From assembly GCA_965203425.1 (NCBI GenBank), contig OZ241891.1, forward strand, positions 809,310 to 873,309: DNA of 64,000 nt, read 5' to 3'. The position numbers and the translations under genes are program-made. Shown piece after piece: positions 21,960-32,199 of this stretch (the first letter of the stretch is position 1; every line of letters starts with the position of its first letter). This DNA comes from Limisphaerales bacterium. GTDB taxonomy: Bacteria; Verrucomicrobiota; Verrucomicrobiia; Limisphaerales; AAA164-E04. The notes under the pieces were generated by a model. It was given only the letters and a program-made list of their open reading frames with translations, had not been told where the DNA came from and did no database searches.

Positions 21960-22400
21960 CAAAACTTTCTTTTCCCACAACGGCAAGCCAAAGGAAGAAT
22001 TTTCCCCTCCGCGATTTCTCTTTTTCCGCTCTTTTGGCGAAGCCAGCCCCAGTAGCCAGTGATTCGCAGTCATGGATTTGCAACCAGCAAGTTGGGATGT
22101 TCCACTCTTCCGAATTCAGCCACTAACCCAGCCGACAATAACCAAGAGAACTTCTTCAAAACTAAAAACCCATCTTCGCACCCTTTGCAGTTTTGCCCTC
22201 CCTTCCCATGCGCCGTTCCTCATTCAAAATTCTCCCCCTCCACAAAACACACTTCCCACACTGACTACTAACCCAACAAAACACCAACCACCAAAACTTC
22301 CTCCCCGCAACGGCAAGATGGAATGGCGCGCTTCTTGGCGCTCTTGGTCGTTTCTAACAAACTTCCTTTCCTCTTCCCCCTTTTCTCCCCTTTTTCCATT
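21960..22400 (+). repeat. Two partial degenerate copies of the non-coding leader found upstream of the PEP-CTERM gene at 58474
   Basis: aaacttcctccccgcaacg (~22294) vs aaacttcctcccccgcaacg (~58104); gcaagccaaaggaagaattttcccctc (~21983) vs gcaagacaaaggaggattttctccctc (~58148). Confidence 0.65.
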
Positions 22401-23118
22401 TTGAGAATGGACGAGGCATCGGCCAGAGACAGCCACCAAGCCAGAACGCATTCCCAAGCATCGCTGGACGACAGACGAATCAGCGTTCCTCCAAAACATA
22501 AATCGCCTTTGTGGATTCCATCGTGGAGTGGTTCGCATCCGCAGTCTCTTAGATTTTGAAACTAGTTCAGATGAAACATGAGGAAGAGCATTCCCTTGTT
22601 TGCGTCAAAACGAAAGCAACCAGCATCATCTAGAAGTCTCTTTTAGCGGCGTTGCTCGTGTCGGCGCTTTCTTCTCTTTTTGTTCCTTTGGAGCAAAGCT
22701 GAGCGCAGTCGTATATTGTCTCTACCATAGCCAAAACAATGCCAATAAGACCCTCTGGATGTTTAACAGTTCTTCCACTGGCCGCAACAACAGGAGCATT
22801 GGCATCCCAACCTCCGCAATCTCCAATCAACTCCCCTAGATGAGACACTTGGGCATTTATGAACTCTTTCAATAACAGATGCGTTGACAACGCCAGCAAG
22901 TCTAAGGATGCGAACCTTCCCCATTCTTTCTGATTGGCGAGCTCTAATATCGAAGACATCGATTCGGCAAGAAAGAGAATTTCGGGCAAAGGCAGAACCA
23001 ACGCCAACATCAACTTTTGCCGCTAGCGCCGCTAATACGCCGATGATTACCATTGTCAGCGCTAACAGCCGAACGATTGAGCATTTTTGGGTGGACTAGG
23101 ATAATCCATACGAGGCCC

Positions 23119-23452
23119 TTGGGAATTCGCATGTTCAGCCGTTTGTTCTATTCTACCAATCCGCCTTCGTCTTGGGTGGGAGCAAGCTGGATCAACAAAT
23201 CCATCGGCGACTTTTATACGTGAAGCGACAATAATTCTGGGGCCTTATTATGTCTCTCCTAATCAAAGAGCAGAGGCTTACGGATCCTTCTTAGCGGTCA
23301 ATTCTCCCAGCTTGGTGCAAGTCAAAGTCAACAGTGCCGTCATCCCCGAACTCAAAGAATGCGCATTTGTGTTTGATTTGTTCGCTTTGGGTTTTATGAT
23401 TTTCTGCCGCTACCTGATGCAAAAGGAACTTCAAGCTGCCGCAACTTCGTAG
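23119..23452 (+). pseudogene. 3' remnant of a PEP-CTERM gene of the 58474 family
   Basis: LGIRMFSRLFYSTNPPSSWVGASWINKSIGDF aligns with VGIRVSGTTPLSYTNGASVSWTGQGTMPYPIGDF; tail VIPELKECAFVFDLFALGFMIFCRYLMQKELQAAATS* at 23339-23452. Confidence 0.8.
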
Positions 23453-23547
23453 CCGTTGCTAGCGGTCGGTGATTTGTAGCCGCTAGTCTCCGCGCTGACG
23501 GGAATTTGTTGTTTTGACTTTGCCGTTTGCTTTGCTTTCATCAATGC

Positions 23548-23985
23548 GTGATCATCCCCGAAGTGGAATAATCTGCATTTGCGTTAGGTTTGTTTGCGCT
23601 GGGTTTTGTGGTTGTCCGCTGCCGCTTTCATAAGAAACGGCAAGCCCAAGCCTCCACTTTGTAGACTTGGTTTGGTGTTAGGGATTTTCTGGTGTATGTA
23701 GCGAGCGACAAAAACGGTAAATCGCCCACAGCTTTGTAGCTTGGGATTTATAGCTTCGCCCGTCTCCAACAGTTAGCGATTGGCGAGGAGGCACGGTTAG
23801 CGATTTGTAGCCGGCTAGTTGCTGTGCAGGCAAACCAGCGGCCAATGCTTTATGGTTTGATGTTTGTGCTTTGTGGTTCGCAAACACGGTTGTGCAGTTG
23901 GGTGTTTGGTTTGTTTGCGCTGGGTTTTATTTTCTTTCATCGCCGTATAACGCAAAAGAAACTTCAAGCCGCCGCAACTTTGTAG
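23548..23985 (+). repeat. Additional orphan PEP-CTERM tail copies
   Basis: 23548-23664 VIIPEVE*SAFALGLFALGFVVVRCRFHKKRQAQASTL*; 23899-23985 WVFGLFALGFIFFHRRITQKKLQAAATL*; weak copy at ~23670-23739. Confidence 0.8.
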
Positions 23986-24431
23986 TTGGTAGCGGGCAAC
24001 TTGTGATTTGCGGGACTATGGTGTGCGGTTGGTGATTAGCAACGGATGGTTTGTAATTGGCCAACGGCGGAAATTGCTTTTTCTAATCTTGTTTCCAAGA
24101 GAGTTCGGAAGCGAGGGGTTGGGAAGTACGAATTTGGAATTGGAAATAATGAATTGGGAATTCGAAATGACGGCTTGGCGGTGAGGGGGCAGCCAGATTG
24201 GATCGTGGAGCGAGGAAGGTTAGCATTGGCTTGTGGTTGGTGTTTTCGGGCTTTTCAGAGTTCCGGCCCAACTTTGCTTCGGGATTTTTCGAGGCGGAGT
24301 TTTTTGTTTTGTAAAGAATGATGGATTTTGAATTGTGGGAACGCGCGCTAGCCGGCGAGAGCCGGCGAGGAGGAAGGTGGGGGAGGAAATGATTTTTCTA
24401 TTCCAATTCACTTGGTAGGCTTTGCCTTTGG

Positions 24432-26618
24432 ATGAACGGAAAATTGTATCGTCTGGAAAGGCAATCTTTGCGAGTGGCGGTTTGGGTTGTGTTTTGTTGG
24501 GCTTGGGCGGAACAAGCGCGCGGGGCCGGCGATTTAGATTGGCGAATTGTTGGCGGGGATGCGGCGAGCTCGCAGTATTCGCCTTTGGCGCAAATTCATC
24601 GAGGCAACGTGGCCGGCTTGAAAGTGGCTTGGCGTTATCAAACCGGCGATGCGAGAGGGGATGGGCGTTCTCAAATCCAGTGCAGTCCCATTATTGTTGG
24701 TCGAGTTTTGTATGGCACTTCGCCGCAGTTGAAGTTGTTTGCGCTGGATGCGGCGACTGGCGAGGAGCGGTGGGTGTTTGATCCGTTTGAGTCCGCCGGG
24801 CAAGGAAAGGCCTTGGGGGTGAATCGGGGCGTGGTTTATTGGGAAGATAGGCGGGGTGAGAATCGGCGGATTTTGTTTACTGCGGGACGCAAGTTATTTG
24901 CGGTGGATGCGGAAACGGGGCGGCTTTTGACTGAGTTTGGCCATCGAGGCTCGGTGGATTTGGGGGAAGGGTTGGGGAGGGATGTTTCGAAGCTTTATTT
25001 GCTTTCCAATTCGCCGGGCGCTGTGTTTGAGGATCTTTTGGTTTTGGGGACTCGTGTTTCTGAAGGGCCGGGTCCGTCGGCTCCCGGACACATTCGGGCC
25101 TGGCATGCGTTGACGGGGAGGCTGACGTGGGTGTTCCGAACCATTCCGCATCCCGGAGAGTTTGGCCATAACACTTGGCCGGCGGACGCTTGGCAAAGAA
25201 GCGGCGGCGCCAATGCTTGGAGCGGCATTACGGTGGACACTCGGCGCGGATTGGTGTTTTGCCCGACGGGATCGCCTTCGTTTGATTTCTGGGGAGGGGA
25301 TCGGCATGGCCGCAATCTTTTTGGCAATTGCTTGCTGGCTCTCAATGCGCGAACCGGCGAGCGGGTTTGGCATTATCAATTCGTCCGCCATGATTTGTGG
25401 GATCGGGATTTGCCCGCGCCTCCGAATCTTGTCACCGTGAAGCGGAATGGCGAAGAGGTTGATGCGGTTGCGCAGGTTACCAAGTCCGGACATGTTTTTG
25501 TTTTTGATCGGGAATCGGGTCTTCCTTTGTTTCCGATGGAGGAGGTGTCGTCGCCGGCTTCTGATTTGGAAGGGGAAGCCGCCTGGCCGACGCAACCCTT
25601 GCCTTTGAAGCCGCCTCCGTTCTCGCGCCAGCAGTTCACCGAAGAAATGGCCACGCGCATTTCGCCGAAATCTCATGAATACGTTGTTCAACGCTTGCGG
25701 GAAGTGCGAACCGGGCGGCAGTTTATTCCTCCGAGCCTTGCTGGAACCGTCATCTTTCCCGGCTTTGACGGCGGCGGGGAATGGGGCGGAGCGGCCTGGG
25801 ATCCAAAGGAAGGCGTCTTGTTCGTCAACGGCAATGAAATGCCGTGGATACTGACGATGGTAAAAGTGAATTCAGAAAAAGACGAACCCTTGAGTCCGGG
25901 AGAAATCGTCTATCGACGCAACTGCGCCGCCTGTCACGGCGTTTCGCGGCAAGGCGATCCCCAGCGCAACGTCGCCAGCCTGCAAGACATTAAACAACGA
26001 ATGCATTGGAACGACGCCCTGGCCATTCTCAATGACGGGAAGGGCAACATGCCGGCCTTTGGATTTCTTTCCACAAAGGAAAAAAACGCGGTGATGAACT
26101 TTCTCTACGGCAAAGAATCCAAAGCAGAGGCGCCGACAAAGCAATCCGAGAAAAAGCGCCGCAACATCGCCGTGCCTTACACGCACACGGGATACAACCG
26201 TTTTTTTGACCCCGAAGGCTATCCGGCAGTGGAGCCGCCTTGGGGAACGCTAAACGCCATCGATCTCAACCGGGGCGAATTGCTCTGGCAAGTTGTCTTG
26301 GGTGAATTCTCCGAATTGACTCGACGCGGCATCCCGCCTACCGGCACGGAAAACTACGGCGGGCCGATTGTGACCGGCGGCGGTTTGGTGTTTATCGGCG
26401 CCACCAAAGACGAACGATTTCGAGCCTTCGACAAGTCTAACGGCAAAATCCTCTTTGAAACCAATCTGCCCGCCGGCGGTTACGCTACGCCCGCCACTTA
26501 CGCTGTCGACGGCCGCCAGTTTGTCGTGATTGCCTGTGGCGGCGGCAAAATGGGCACCAAGTCCGGCGACTCTTACTTGGCCTTCGCTCTGCCGTTGCTG
26601 TCTCCAAACAATTTTTGA
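24432..26618 (+). CDS. PQQ-dependent (glucose/quinate-type) dehydrogenase with cytochrome c insert
   Basis: YSPLAQI...[27 protein letters not shown] haem motif, [16 protein letters not shown]. Confidence 0.92.
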   Translation: MNGKLYRLERQSLRVAVWVVFCWAWAEQARGAGDLDWRIVGGDAASSQYSPLAQIHRGNVAGLKVAWRYQTGDARGDGRSQIQCSPIIVGRVLYGTSPQLKLFALDAATGEERWVFDPFESAGQGKALGVNRGVVYWEDRRGENRRILFTAGRKLFAVDAETGRLLTEFGHRGSVDLGEGLGRDVSKLYLLSNSPGAVFEDLLVLGTRVSEGPGPSAPGHIRAWHALTGRLTWVFRTIPHPGEFGHNTWPADAWQRSGGANAWSGITVDTRRGLVFCPTGSPSFDFWGGDRHGRNLFGNCLLALNARTGERVWHYQFVRHDLWDRDLPAPPNLVTVKRNGEEVDAVAQVTKSGHVFVFDRESGLPLFPMEEVSSPASDLEGEAAWPTQPLPLKPPPFSRQQFTEEMATRISPKSHEYVVQRLREVRTGRQFIPPSLAGTVIFPGFDGGGEWGGAAWDPKEGVLFVNGNEMPWILTMVKVNSEKDEPLSPGEIVYRRNCAACHGVSRQGDPQRNVASLQDIKQRMHWNDALAILNDGKGNMPAFGFLSTKEKNAVMNFLYGKESKAEAPTKQSEKKRRNIAVPYTHTGYNRFFDPEGYPAVEPPWGTLNAIDLNRGELLWQVVLGEFSELTRRGIPPTGTENYGGPIVTGGGLVFIGATKDERFRAFDKSNGKILFETNLPAGGYATPATYAVDGRQFVVIACGGGKMGTKSGDSYLAFALPLLSPNNF

Positions 26619-26619
26619 T

Positions 26620-27339
26620 ATGAGGAATCGATCTATAAACCCCGTCCCAAAGCGCGCCTTTACGTTGATCGAGTTGCTAGTCGTCATCGCCATTGTCGCT
26701 ATCCTGGCGGGAATGCTCCTTCCTGCTTTGGGACAAGCGAAAGAACAAGCGCGGCGCATTCGTTGCGTTTCCAACTTTCGGCAGTTGGGGCTTGCAATGG
26801 CCATGTATCGCGACGACCACGAGCGAAAGTTTCCGGATCGGCGAGATTTGAAAAGCGCACTTCCCGGAGACTATCGGCCTTGGAGCAATTGGCCGAACTC
26901 CGACCCTAGAACCGGCTGGGCGGGAATTGTGTTTTCCAACTACAACGCTTTGGCCGGCCTTTGGTCTTGTCCCAGCATCGCCCGCTCGCCGCTTGGAAAG
27001 GCGGAGCAGGCGATCCAGCATATTGGAACGACAACCAACGCCCCATTGTCCAACTACTGGATGTGGCGTTTTGATAGGAAGGACGACCCCGTTCCCCTCG
27101 ACAATTTCTGGGGTAAGTCAGAAACCCAACTAGTGCAAAATTTGCGGCAGACGAACAATCCTTTCATAGGAATTCCCCAAGGCCCCTCCGACGTGGAATT
27201 GATCGTGGACGCCTATTTTCCCAACACCATAGATTCTCTTCCGAAGGAAATTCGCGGCCGCTCCGCGCATCCCGGAGGGCGCAATCGGCTTATGCTTGAC
27301 AACCACGTTCAATTTTTGAAAGATGAAAGGACACGGTAA
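26620..27339 (+). CDS. Prepilin-type N-terminal cleavage domain protein (DUF1559-like)
   Basis: [25 protein letters not shown]; C-terminal [14 protein letters not shown]. Confidence 0.9.
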   Translation: MRNRSINPVPKRAFTLIELLVVIAIVAILAGMLLPALGQAKEQARRIRCVSNFRQLGLAMAMYRDDHERKFPDRRDLKSALPGDYRPWSNWPNSDPRTGWAGIVFSNYNALAGLWSCPSIARSPLGKAEQAIQHIGTTTNAPLSNYWMWRFDRKDDPVPLDNFWGKSETQLVQNLRQTNNPFIGIPQGPSDVELIVDAYFPNTIDSLPKEIRGRSAHPGGRNRLMLDNHVQFLKDERTR

Positions 27340-27403
27340 AGATTCGCCCAGCTTGCCGTAAAAGAAAAGAGAGAGTGGACGGGAAAGAAAAGGAAGAAAG
27401 TTT

Positions 27404-30400
27404 ATGGAGAAAAGAGAGAGGATAGGGGTTATGGGGGTGCGTTGGGCTTGGCGGGGATGGTGTCTGGGATTATTGGGCGGGGTGATTGTTTACATAGGGA
27501 TGGGTTTGGGGTTGCGCGGGGAGTTGGTGGTATCAGAGCTTTTGTATTCGCCGTCGGAAGAAGAAGGAGGAGAGCGGGGAGAGTATCTGGAGTTGAGGAA
27601 TAGGGGGTATGTGGCGGTGGATGTGAGCGGATGGTATTTTGATCGGGGGATAGAGTTTGTGTTTCCGGCGGGGAGTGTGATAGGGGCGAGGGAGCATTTG
27701 GTTGTGGCGAAGGATGCGGATTATTTAGTGGGTCGATATTATGGGATAGAGGCGGGGAAAGTGGTTGGGGGGTATTCGGGGAGGTTGTCCAATTCTGGGG
27801 AGCGGGTTCGGTTGCGGGATGCGGTTGGGATGGAGCGGATAGATTTTGAGTATGGGGTTGGCGGGGATTGGCCTGCGGTTGCGTTTGGAGGGACGGGGCA
27901 TTCGTTGGAGTTTGTAGGGGATTGGGCGAGGGAGTTGGGGGATGGACGGGCATGGGCAGGAAGTCGGCATCCGAAAGGGGCGCTAAGGGAGAGACCGAGT
28001 TGGTGGACGGCGGAGATGTATGAAGCGATCAATTCGTTGCGCGGGGTGGTGATTAACGAGGTGGGGGCTAGTCATAGTGTAGAGATGGATTATGTGGAGT
28101 TTTACAATCCGACGGGGGAGGCGATAGATATGAGCGGGGCTTTGTTGTCGGATGAGGGGAGTGAGTTGGGGAAGCATCGTTTGCCGGCGGGGAGTGTGAT
28201 TGGGTCTGGGGAGTTTTTCGTAGTAGAAGTTTCTGGGGAGGAGACGGGGTTTGGGTTGAGTTCCGGTGGGGAGACGATTTATTTGGCGGCGCCGGATGGT
28301 TCCTTTGTTGTGGATGCATATGGGTTTGGGCCGCAGGAGAGGGATGTGAGCATAGGGCGGTATCCGGACGGGGGTCGGGATTGGTATCGGAGTGTTGCGG
28401 GTTCGCCGGGGAAGTCGAATGGGCGGTTGTATTCGCCGTTGGTTGGGATTAGCGAGTTGATGTATCATAGTAGGGAGGGGGCGGGCAGAGAGTATTTGGA
28501 GTTGTATGTGTTGGGGGAGGAGGCGGTGGATGTGAGTGGCTGGGAGTTTCGGGGGGTTCGGTTTGAGTTTGGGTTGGGAGTGGTGTTAGAGCCGGGTGGC
28601 TATTATGTGATAGCGGATGAGGAGGAGGGATTGCGGGCGGGTTATGAGTTGCCGTTGGGGAGTTTGTTGGGGGAGTATGGGGGTTCGTTGAGCAATGGGG
28701 GGGAGCGGATAAGTTTGTTGGATGCATGGGATGTGGTTGTGGATTCGGTTCGGTATGAGGATGGTCTGCCGTGGCCGGTGGGGGCGGATGGGTTGGGGTC
28801 GTCGTTGGAGAGGGGATGTTGGGAGTTGTCTTATGATGCGGTTGAGGCTTGGACGGATTCGCCGTTGGGGAGGCCGTCGCCGGGACGGGCGAATTCTAGG
28901 ATGGATTGCGAGGAGGAAGGGGAGAAGGGGTTGGGGATGGTTCGGGTGTCGGAGTTTGTGTATCATCCTGCGTTGCGGGGCGAGGAGGATCGGGGGACGG
29001 AGTTTATAGAGTTAACGAATTACGGGGGAGAGGCGATGTCCTTAGAGGGCTGGTCGTTGGTTGGGGAAGTTTTCTATGAGTTTGGAGAGGGGGTGGTTAT
29101 AAGTTCTGGGGAGAGCATAGTCGTGGCTTGGTCGCCGGAGCGGTTGGGGCGGGAGTATTCGTGGCTAGGGGAAGGAGAGATAGCGGGGGCTTATGAGGGA
29201 GATATGGGGAACGGCGGGGGGCGGATATTGTTAGTTCGGCCGGATGAGAGTTTGGCGGACGGGGTAGTTTATGACGACGATTTTCCTTGGCCTTCGTTGG
29301 CGGACGGGGGTTTGGCGGATGCGGAAGGGGGAGACCTGTCGTTGCGTCGGGTGTGTTGGGAGGGGGTGGGATGGGATGCGTCCAACTGGGTAGCGGAGAG
29401 GGAGCCGTCGCCGGGGAGGATGGAAGGGGAAGAGGGGGCATGCGAGGGGCCGGCGGTGTTGTGGGAGGCGGGGACGGAGCCTGAGAGAGTGATGAGTGGA
29501 GAGGAGCCGTTGTTGTTGGTCAGGTTTGCGAAGGGGGATTTGGTGGATTCGGCAAGGGTAAGATATTGGGTGGAGGATGTGGAGGTGGATGGGGGCGAGG
29601 CGGTGATGAGTTTGACGATGAGCGATTTGGGGAAAGGGAAGTGGAGCGTGCGGATGCCATCGTTGCCGGCCAATTCGATAGTTCGCTATCAAGTGGAATG
29701 GGAAGAGCGTGGGGGGGGGCGGGGCGTTTCGCCTTCGGGGGAGCGGGATGCGTTTGCGTGGCATGGGTATTTTGTGGAGCCGCAGAGCCTAAATGGGCAT
29801 TCTGATGTTTATCATCTATTTCTTTCGGCGGCTAATTGGCGGCGGTTAGAAGAGAACCTCGCTATTGGGCCGGAGATTGACAATCGGGTCAATCCTCGCT
29901 GGAATGAAGAAGTGCCGGCGGTTTTTGTGGCCAATGGAATAGTGCACGACGTGCAAGCGCGTCATCAAGGAAGCAGATTGCGAAGACATGTAAGCGCCGG
30001 GGACATTCCCTTTGAATGCGCATCGAGTCGGAACGACGATCAAGTGCCCTTCCTCAATTGGCGGATTGACTTTCCCTCTTATCGGAAGCCCGACGGCATG
30101 GATGTATTGATCCTTAGAAACTCACATGGTTGGGTGCAACACATCTCTTTCCGGCTGTTTGAGTTGGCGGGAGTGCCGGCGCCGCGCACCGGCTGGGCGA
30201 AGTTGCGCATCAACGGCTGCGACTACAACGACGACGCCTTTCAAGTAGAGCGACCGGGCCGCGACCTCGTGGCTCGATGGTTTGACGAAGTGGGCGACCT
30301 TTTCAAAACGCAGGTCTCTCCTCTTTTCCGAAATGCAAACGCTGATCTTCTTACCGGGCCGATCTACAATTACACGAAGCAGGAACGATATGAACACATC

Positions 30401-31231
30401 TACAACCGCAAGACTTTGGAGTGGAAGAATCATCCCTTTGACGGCGTTGCGGACGCGCCCCAAGCGATGATCGAAGGCCTGCACCAAGCCCGCGCTCAAG
30501 GCCAAGAAGCCCTGCGAACTTGGCTGGCCGAACACTTCGACGTCGACCTCACCTTGCGCTATCTCTGCGCCCAAAATTATGTTGCCACTCGCGATGGGAG
30601 TGTCAATCATAATTATTTTCTCTACAAAAAGGCCGACGACGGCAAATGGTGCCTGCTGCCTTGGGACTTGGACGCCTCGATGCTAACGGAAAACGCCATG
30701 ATGCACCCGTTTTACGGGGGCGATGAATCCCGCATCGGCAATGTCGGCAACCGCTGGGGGAATTGGAACCGGATCCGAGACTCTTTCTTTATCGCATATG
30801 AATCCGAGTATCTAGAAATGCTCTATGAATTTAACAATACGATCTATCATCCGGAGGCGTTGTTGTCCGTTGTTCAGGAAGCCGCTATTTTGGGGGGCTT
30901 TCGCGAGAGTTGGATAGCCTGGATAATGCCTTTCATCTATCAGCGTCACGACTTTCTAAACTGTTACATTGCCGGAACTCAATGCCCGCCTCCCCTGCTT
31001 ACCCTTCGCATCGAGGAAGGCCGAATTCTATTAGAGTGGCCGTCGGATCGAAGCGATTACATATTAGAAACGGCCGCCGCAATAGACTACGAAGAGGAAG
31101 AAGACCGCCATAAAGTCGATTGGATCGAAGTTCCCTCGACCAACAATCGCTACCTCGTTCCTCCCAACCACCTCAGCGCTTTCTTCCGCCTCGCCCCCAA
31201 CAAAAAATCCGCCACTATATCCACTCCGTAA
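27404..31231 (+). CDS. Lamin-tail-domain / CotH kinase family secreted protein
   Basis: Repeated V(I/S)E..Y....EY.EL.N and LSN.GE LTD motifs; CotH-like HNYFLY...W.LLPWDLD; C-terminal ...AFFRL domain. Confidence 0.88.
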   Translation: MEKRERIGVMGVRWAWRGWCLGLLGGVIVYIGMGLGLRGELVVSELLYSPSEEEGGERGEYLELRNRGYVAVDVSGWYFDRGIEFVFPAGSVIGAREHLVVAKDADYLVGRYYGIEAGKVVGGYSGRLSNSGERVRLRDAVGMERIDFEYGVGGDWPAVAFGGTGHSLEFVGDWARELGDGRAWAGSRHPKGALRERPSWWTAEMYEAINSLRGVVINEVGASHSVEMDYVEFYNPTGEAIDMSGALLSDEGSELGKHRLPAGSVIGSGEFFVVEVSGEETGFGLSSGGETIYLAAPDGSFVVDAYGFGPQERDVSIGRYPDGGRDWYRSVAGSPGKSNGRLYSPLVGISELMYHSREGAGREYLELYVLGEEAVDVSGWEFRGVRFEFGLGVVLEPGGYYVIADEEEGLRAGYELPLGSLLGEYGGSLSNGGERISLLDAWDVVVDSVRYEDGLPWPVGADGLGSSLERGCWELSYDAVEAWTDSPLGRPSPGRANSRMDCEEEGEKGLGMVRVSEFVYHPALRGEEDRGTEFIELTNYGGEAMSLEGWSLVGEVFYEFGEGVVISSGESIVVAWSPERLGREYSWLGEGEIAGAYEGDMGNGGGRILLVRPDESLADGVVYDDDFPWPSLADGGLADAEGGDLSLRRVCWEGVGWDASNWVAEREPSPGRMEGEEGACEGPAVLWEAGTEPERVMSGEEPLLLVRFAKGDLVDSARVRYWVEDVEVDGGEAVMSLTMSDLGKGKWSVRMPSLPANSIVRYQVEWEERGGGRGVSPSGERDAFAWHGYFVEPQSLNGHSDVYHLFLSAANWRRLEENLAIGPEIDNRVNPRWNEEVPAVFVANGIVHDVQARHQGSRLRRHVSAGDIPFECASSRNDDQVPFLNWRIDFPSYRKPDGMDVLILRNSHGWVQHISFRLFELAGVPAPRTGWAKLRINGCDYNDDAFQVERPGRDLVARWFDEVGDLFKTQVSPLFRNANADLLTGPIYNYTKQERYEHIYNRKTLEWKNHPFDGVADAPQAMIEGLHQARAQGQEALRTWLAEHFDVDLTLRYLCAQNYVATRDGSVNHNYFLYKKADDGKWCLLPWDLDASMLTENAMMHPFYGGDESRIGNVGNRWGNWNRIRDSFFIAYESEYLEMLYEFNNTIYHPEALLSVVQEAAILGGFRESWIAWIMPFIYQRHDFLNCYIAGTQCPPPLLTLRIEEGRILLEWPSDRSDYILETAAAIDYEEEEDRHKVDWIEVPSTNNRYLVPPNHLSAFFRLAPNKKSATISTP

Positions 31232-31239
31232 AGCCGTCC

Positions 31240-31277
31240 TCCCCCTTGGCGAAAATCATCTTCGTTGTCTAGGGGGA
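31240..31277. terminator. Imperfect hairpin between convergent genes
   Basis: tccccct ... aggggga arms with inner ggcgaa/ttcgtt pairing. Confidence 0.45.
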
Positions 31278-31357
31278 ATGGGGTCTACAAAAATCCTGTG
31301 TCGGTAGCGGTGAGGACTTTGCCTTTGAATTTTGCGCTTTATGGCGTTAGTGATTTT

Positions 31358-32056
31358 CTAATTTTCTTTTTTTAATTTTTCCAATTGGAAGGTTACTTCT
31401 ACTTTTGCGCCGAGGGCGGGAATTTGAGTTTCGTTGGGAAACCAGATTTCGTCGTTTTCGTTGCCGGTTCGGGGGTTGTTGACTAGGGCGTGGACGTCAA
31501 GGATGAGGGCGACGATGGATTGGTCGGCGGAAGCGGTAAACTGCCCGTTTTCGATGCGGGCGCCGTTGTAAATCCACTTGCCTCTGCCGGCGGGAAGTTT
31601 GTTTTCTCCGACGATGATCCAGTCCTCAAGGCGCCTTGTTTGTTCTTTTCCGTTTTGTTGCCAAGAGATGAGAATGTCTATGGCTTGTCCGGGAGGCATG
31701 GGGTTGTCTTTGTTTTTGGATTTTCTCGGCGGGGTTTTGGTTCCAAGCAGGAGCATGGCGAGGTGAATGTGGAGGGGATCGGCTTCGGTCATCAGCAGGG
31801 ATTCGTGTCGTTTGCCTATTTTGCCGACTACGGCGTATTCGATAAGGGCATCGCGAAGGTTGACTTGGGCGGGGAAGGAAACTTTCCGCAAGCGCGAGTC
31901 GAAGCTGACTTTGCCAATTTGGAATTTTCCGAGGCCTTTGGATTGGATGAGGTTTGGGGAGTTTTGGAGTTCTTTTGCCGAGGGAAGTGCAGGCGGCTCC
32001 GCGCTTCGGGTTAGCGCAGCAAGCAGGAGGCCGATGGTCAAGGAAAGGATGCGCAT
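31358..32056 (-). CDS. YdjY-domain exported protein
   Basis: Signal peptide; IEYAVV...GKRHESLL, HLAMLLLG, LVNNPR. Confidence 0.7.
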   Translation of the reverse strand: MRILSLTIGLLLAALTRSAEPPALPSAKELQNSPNLIQSKGLGKFQIGKVSFDSRLRKVSFPAQVNLRDALIEYAVVGKIGKRHESLLMTEADPLHIHLAMLLLGTKTPPRKSKNKDNPMPPGQAIDILISWQQNGKEQTRRLEDWIIVGENKLPAGRGKWIYNGARIENGQFTASADQSIVALILDVHALVNNPRTGNENDEIWFPNETQIPALGAKVEVTFQLEKLKKEN

Positions 32057-32199
32057 GTCTTTTGTCCGCTGAGGATTTTAGCGGCTGGGGATGGAATGGC
32101 AAGTTTGTCGGCCAGAAGATTGGAGGCCGGATGCGGCCGGCGTGGCGTTGCGCGGGGAATGTTTTGCGTTTGGGAGCGGTTTGTGGTTTGCTGTCGGGA

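Noticed and set aside
20758-22404. Many short P/T/N/Q-rich or G/V/W-rich ORFs
   Set aside because: By-products of extreme C/A skew in non-coding DNA; no credible protein features.
22630-23099. Minus-strand ORFs possibly from a transposase or toxin
   Set aside because: No DDE/HUH or other motif recognised and no terminal repeats seen; left as an unidentified remnant.
23330-24000. Possible CRISPR array (recurring 30-40 nt words with spacers)
   Set aside because: Repeats are degenerate, irregularly spaced and translate as PEP-CTERM tails; no cas genes seen.
29711-29719. G9 run in the CotH gene as a phase switch
   Set aside because: Short runs are expected in this extremely G-rich stretch and the frame is intact.
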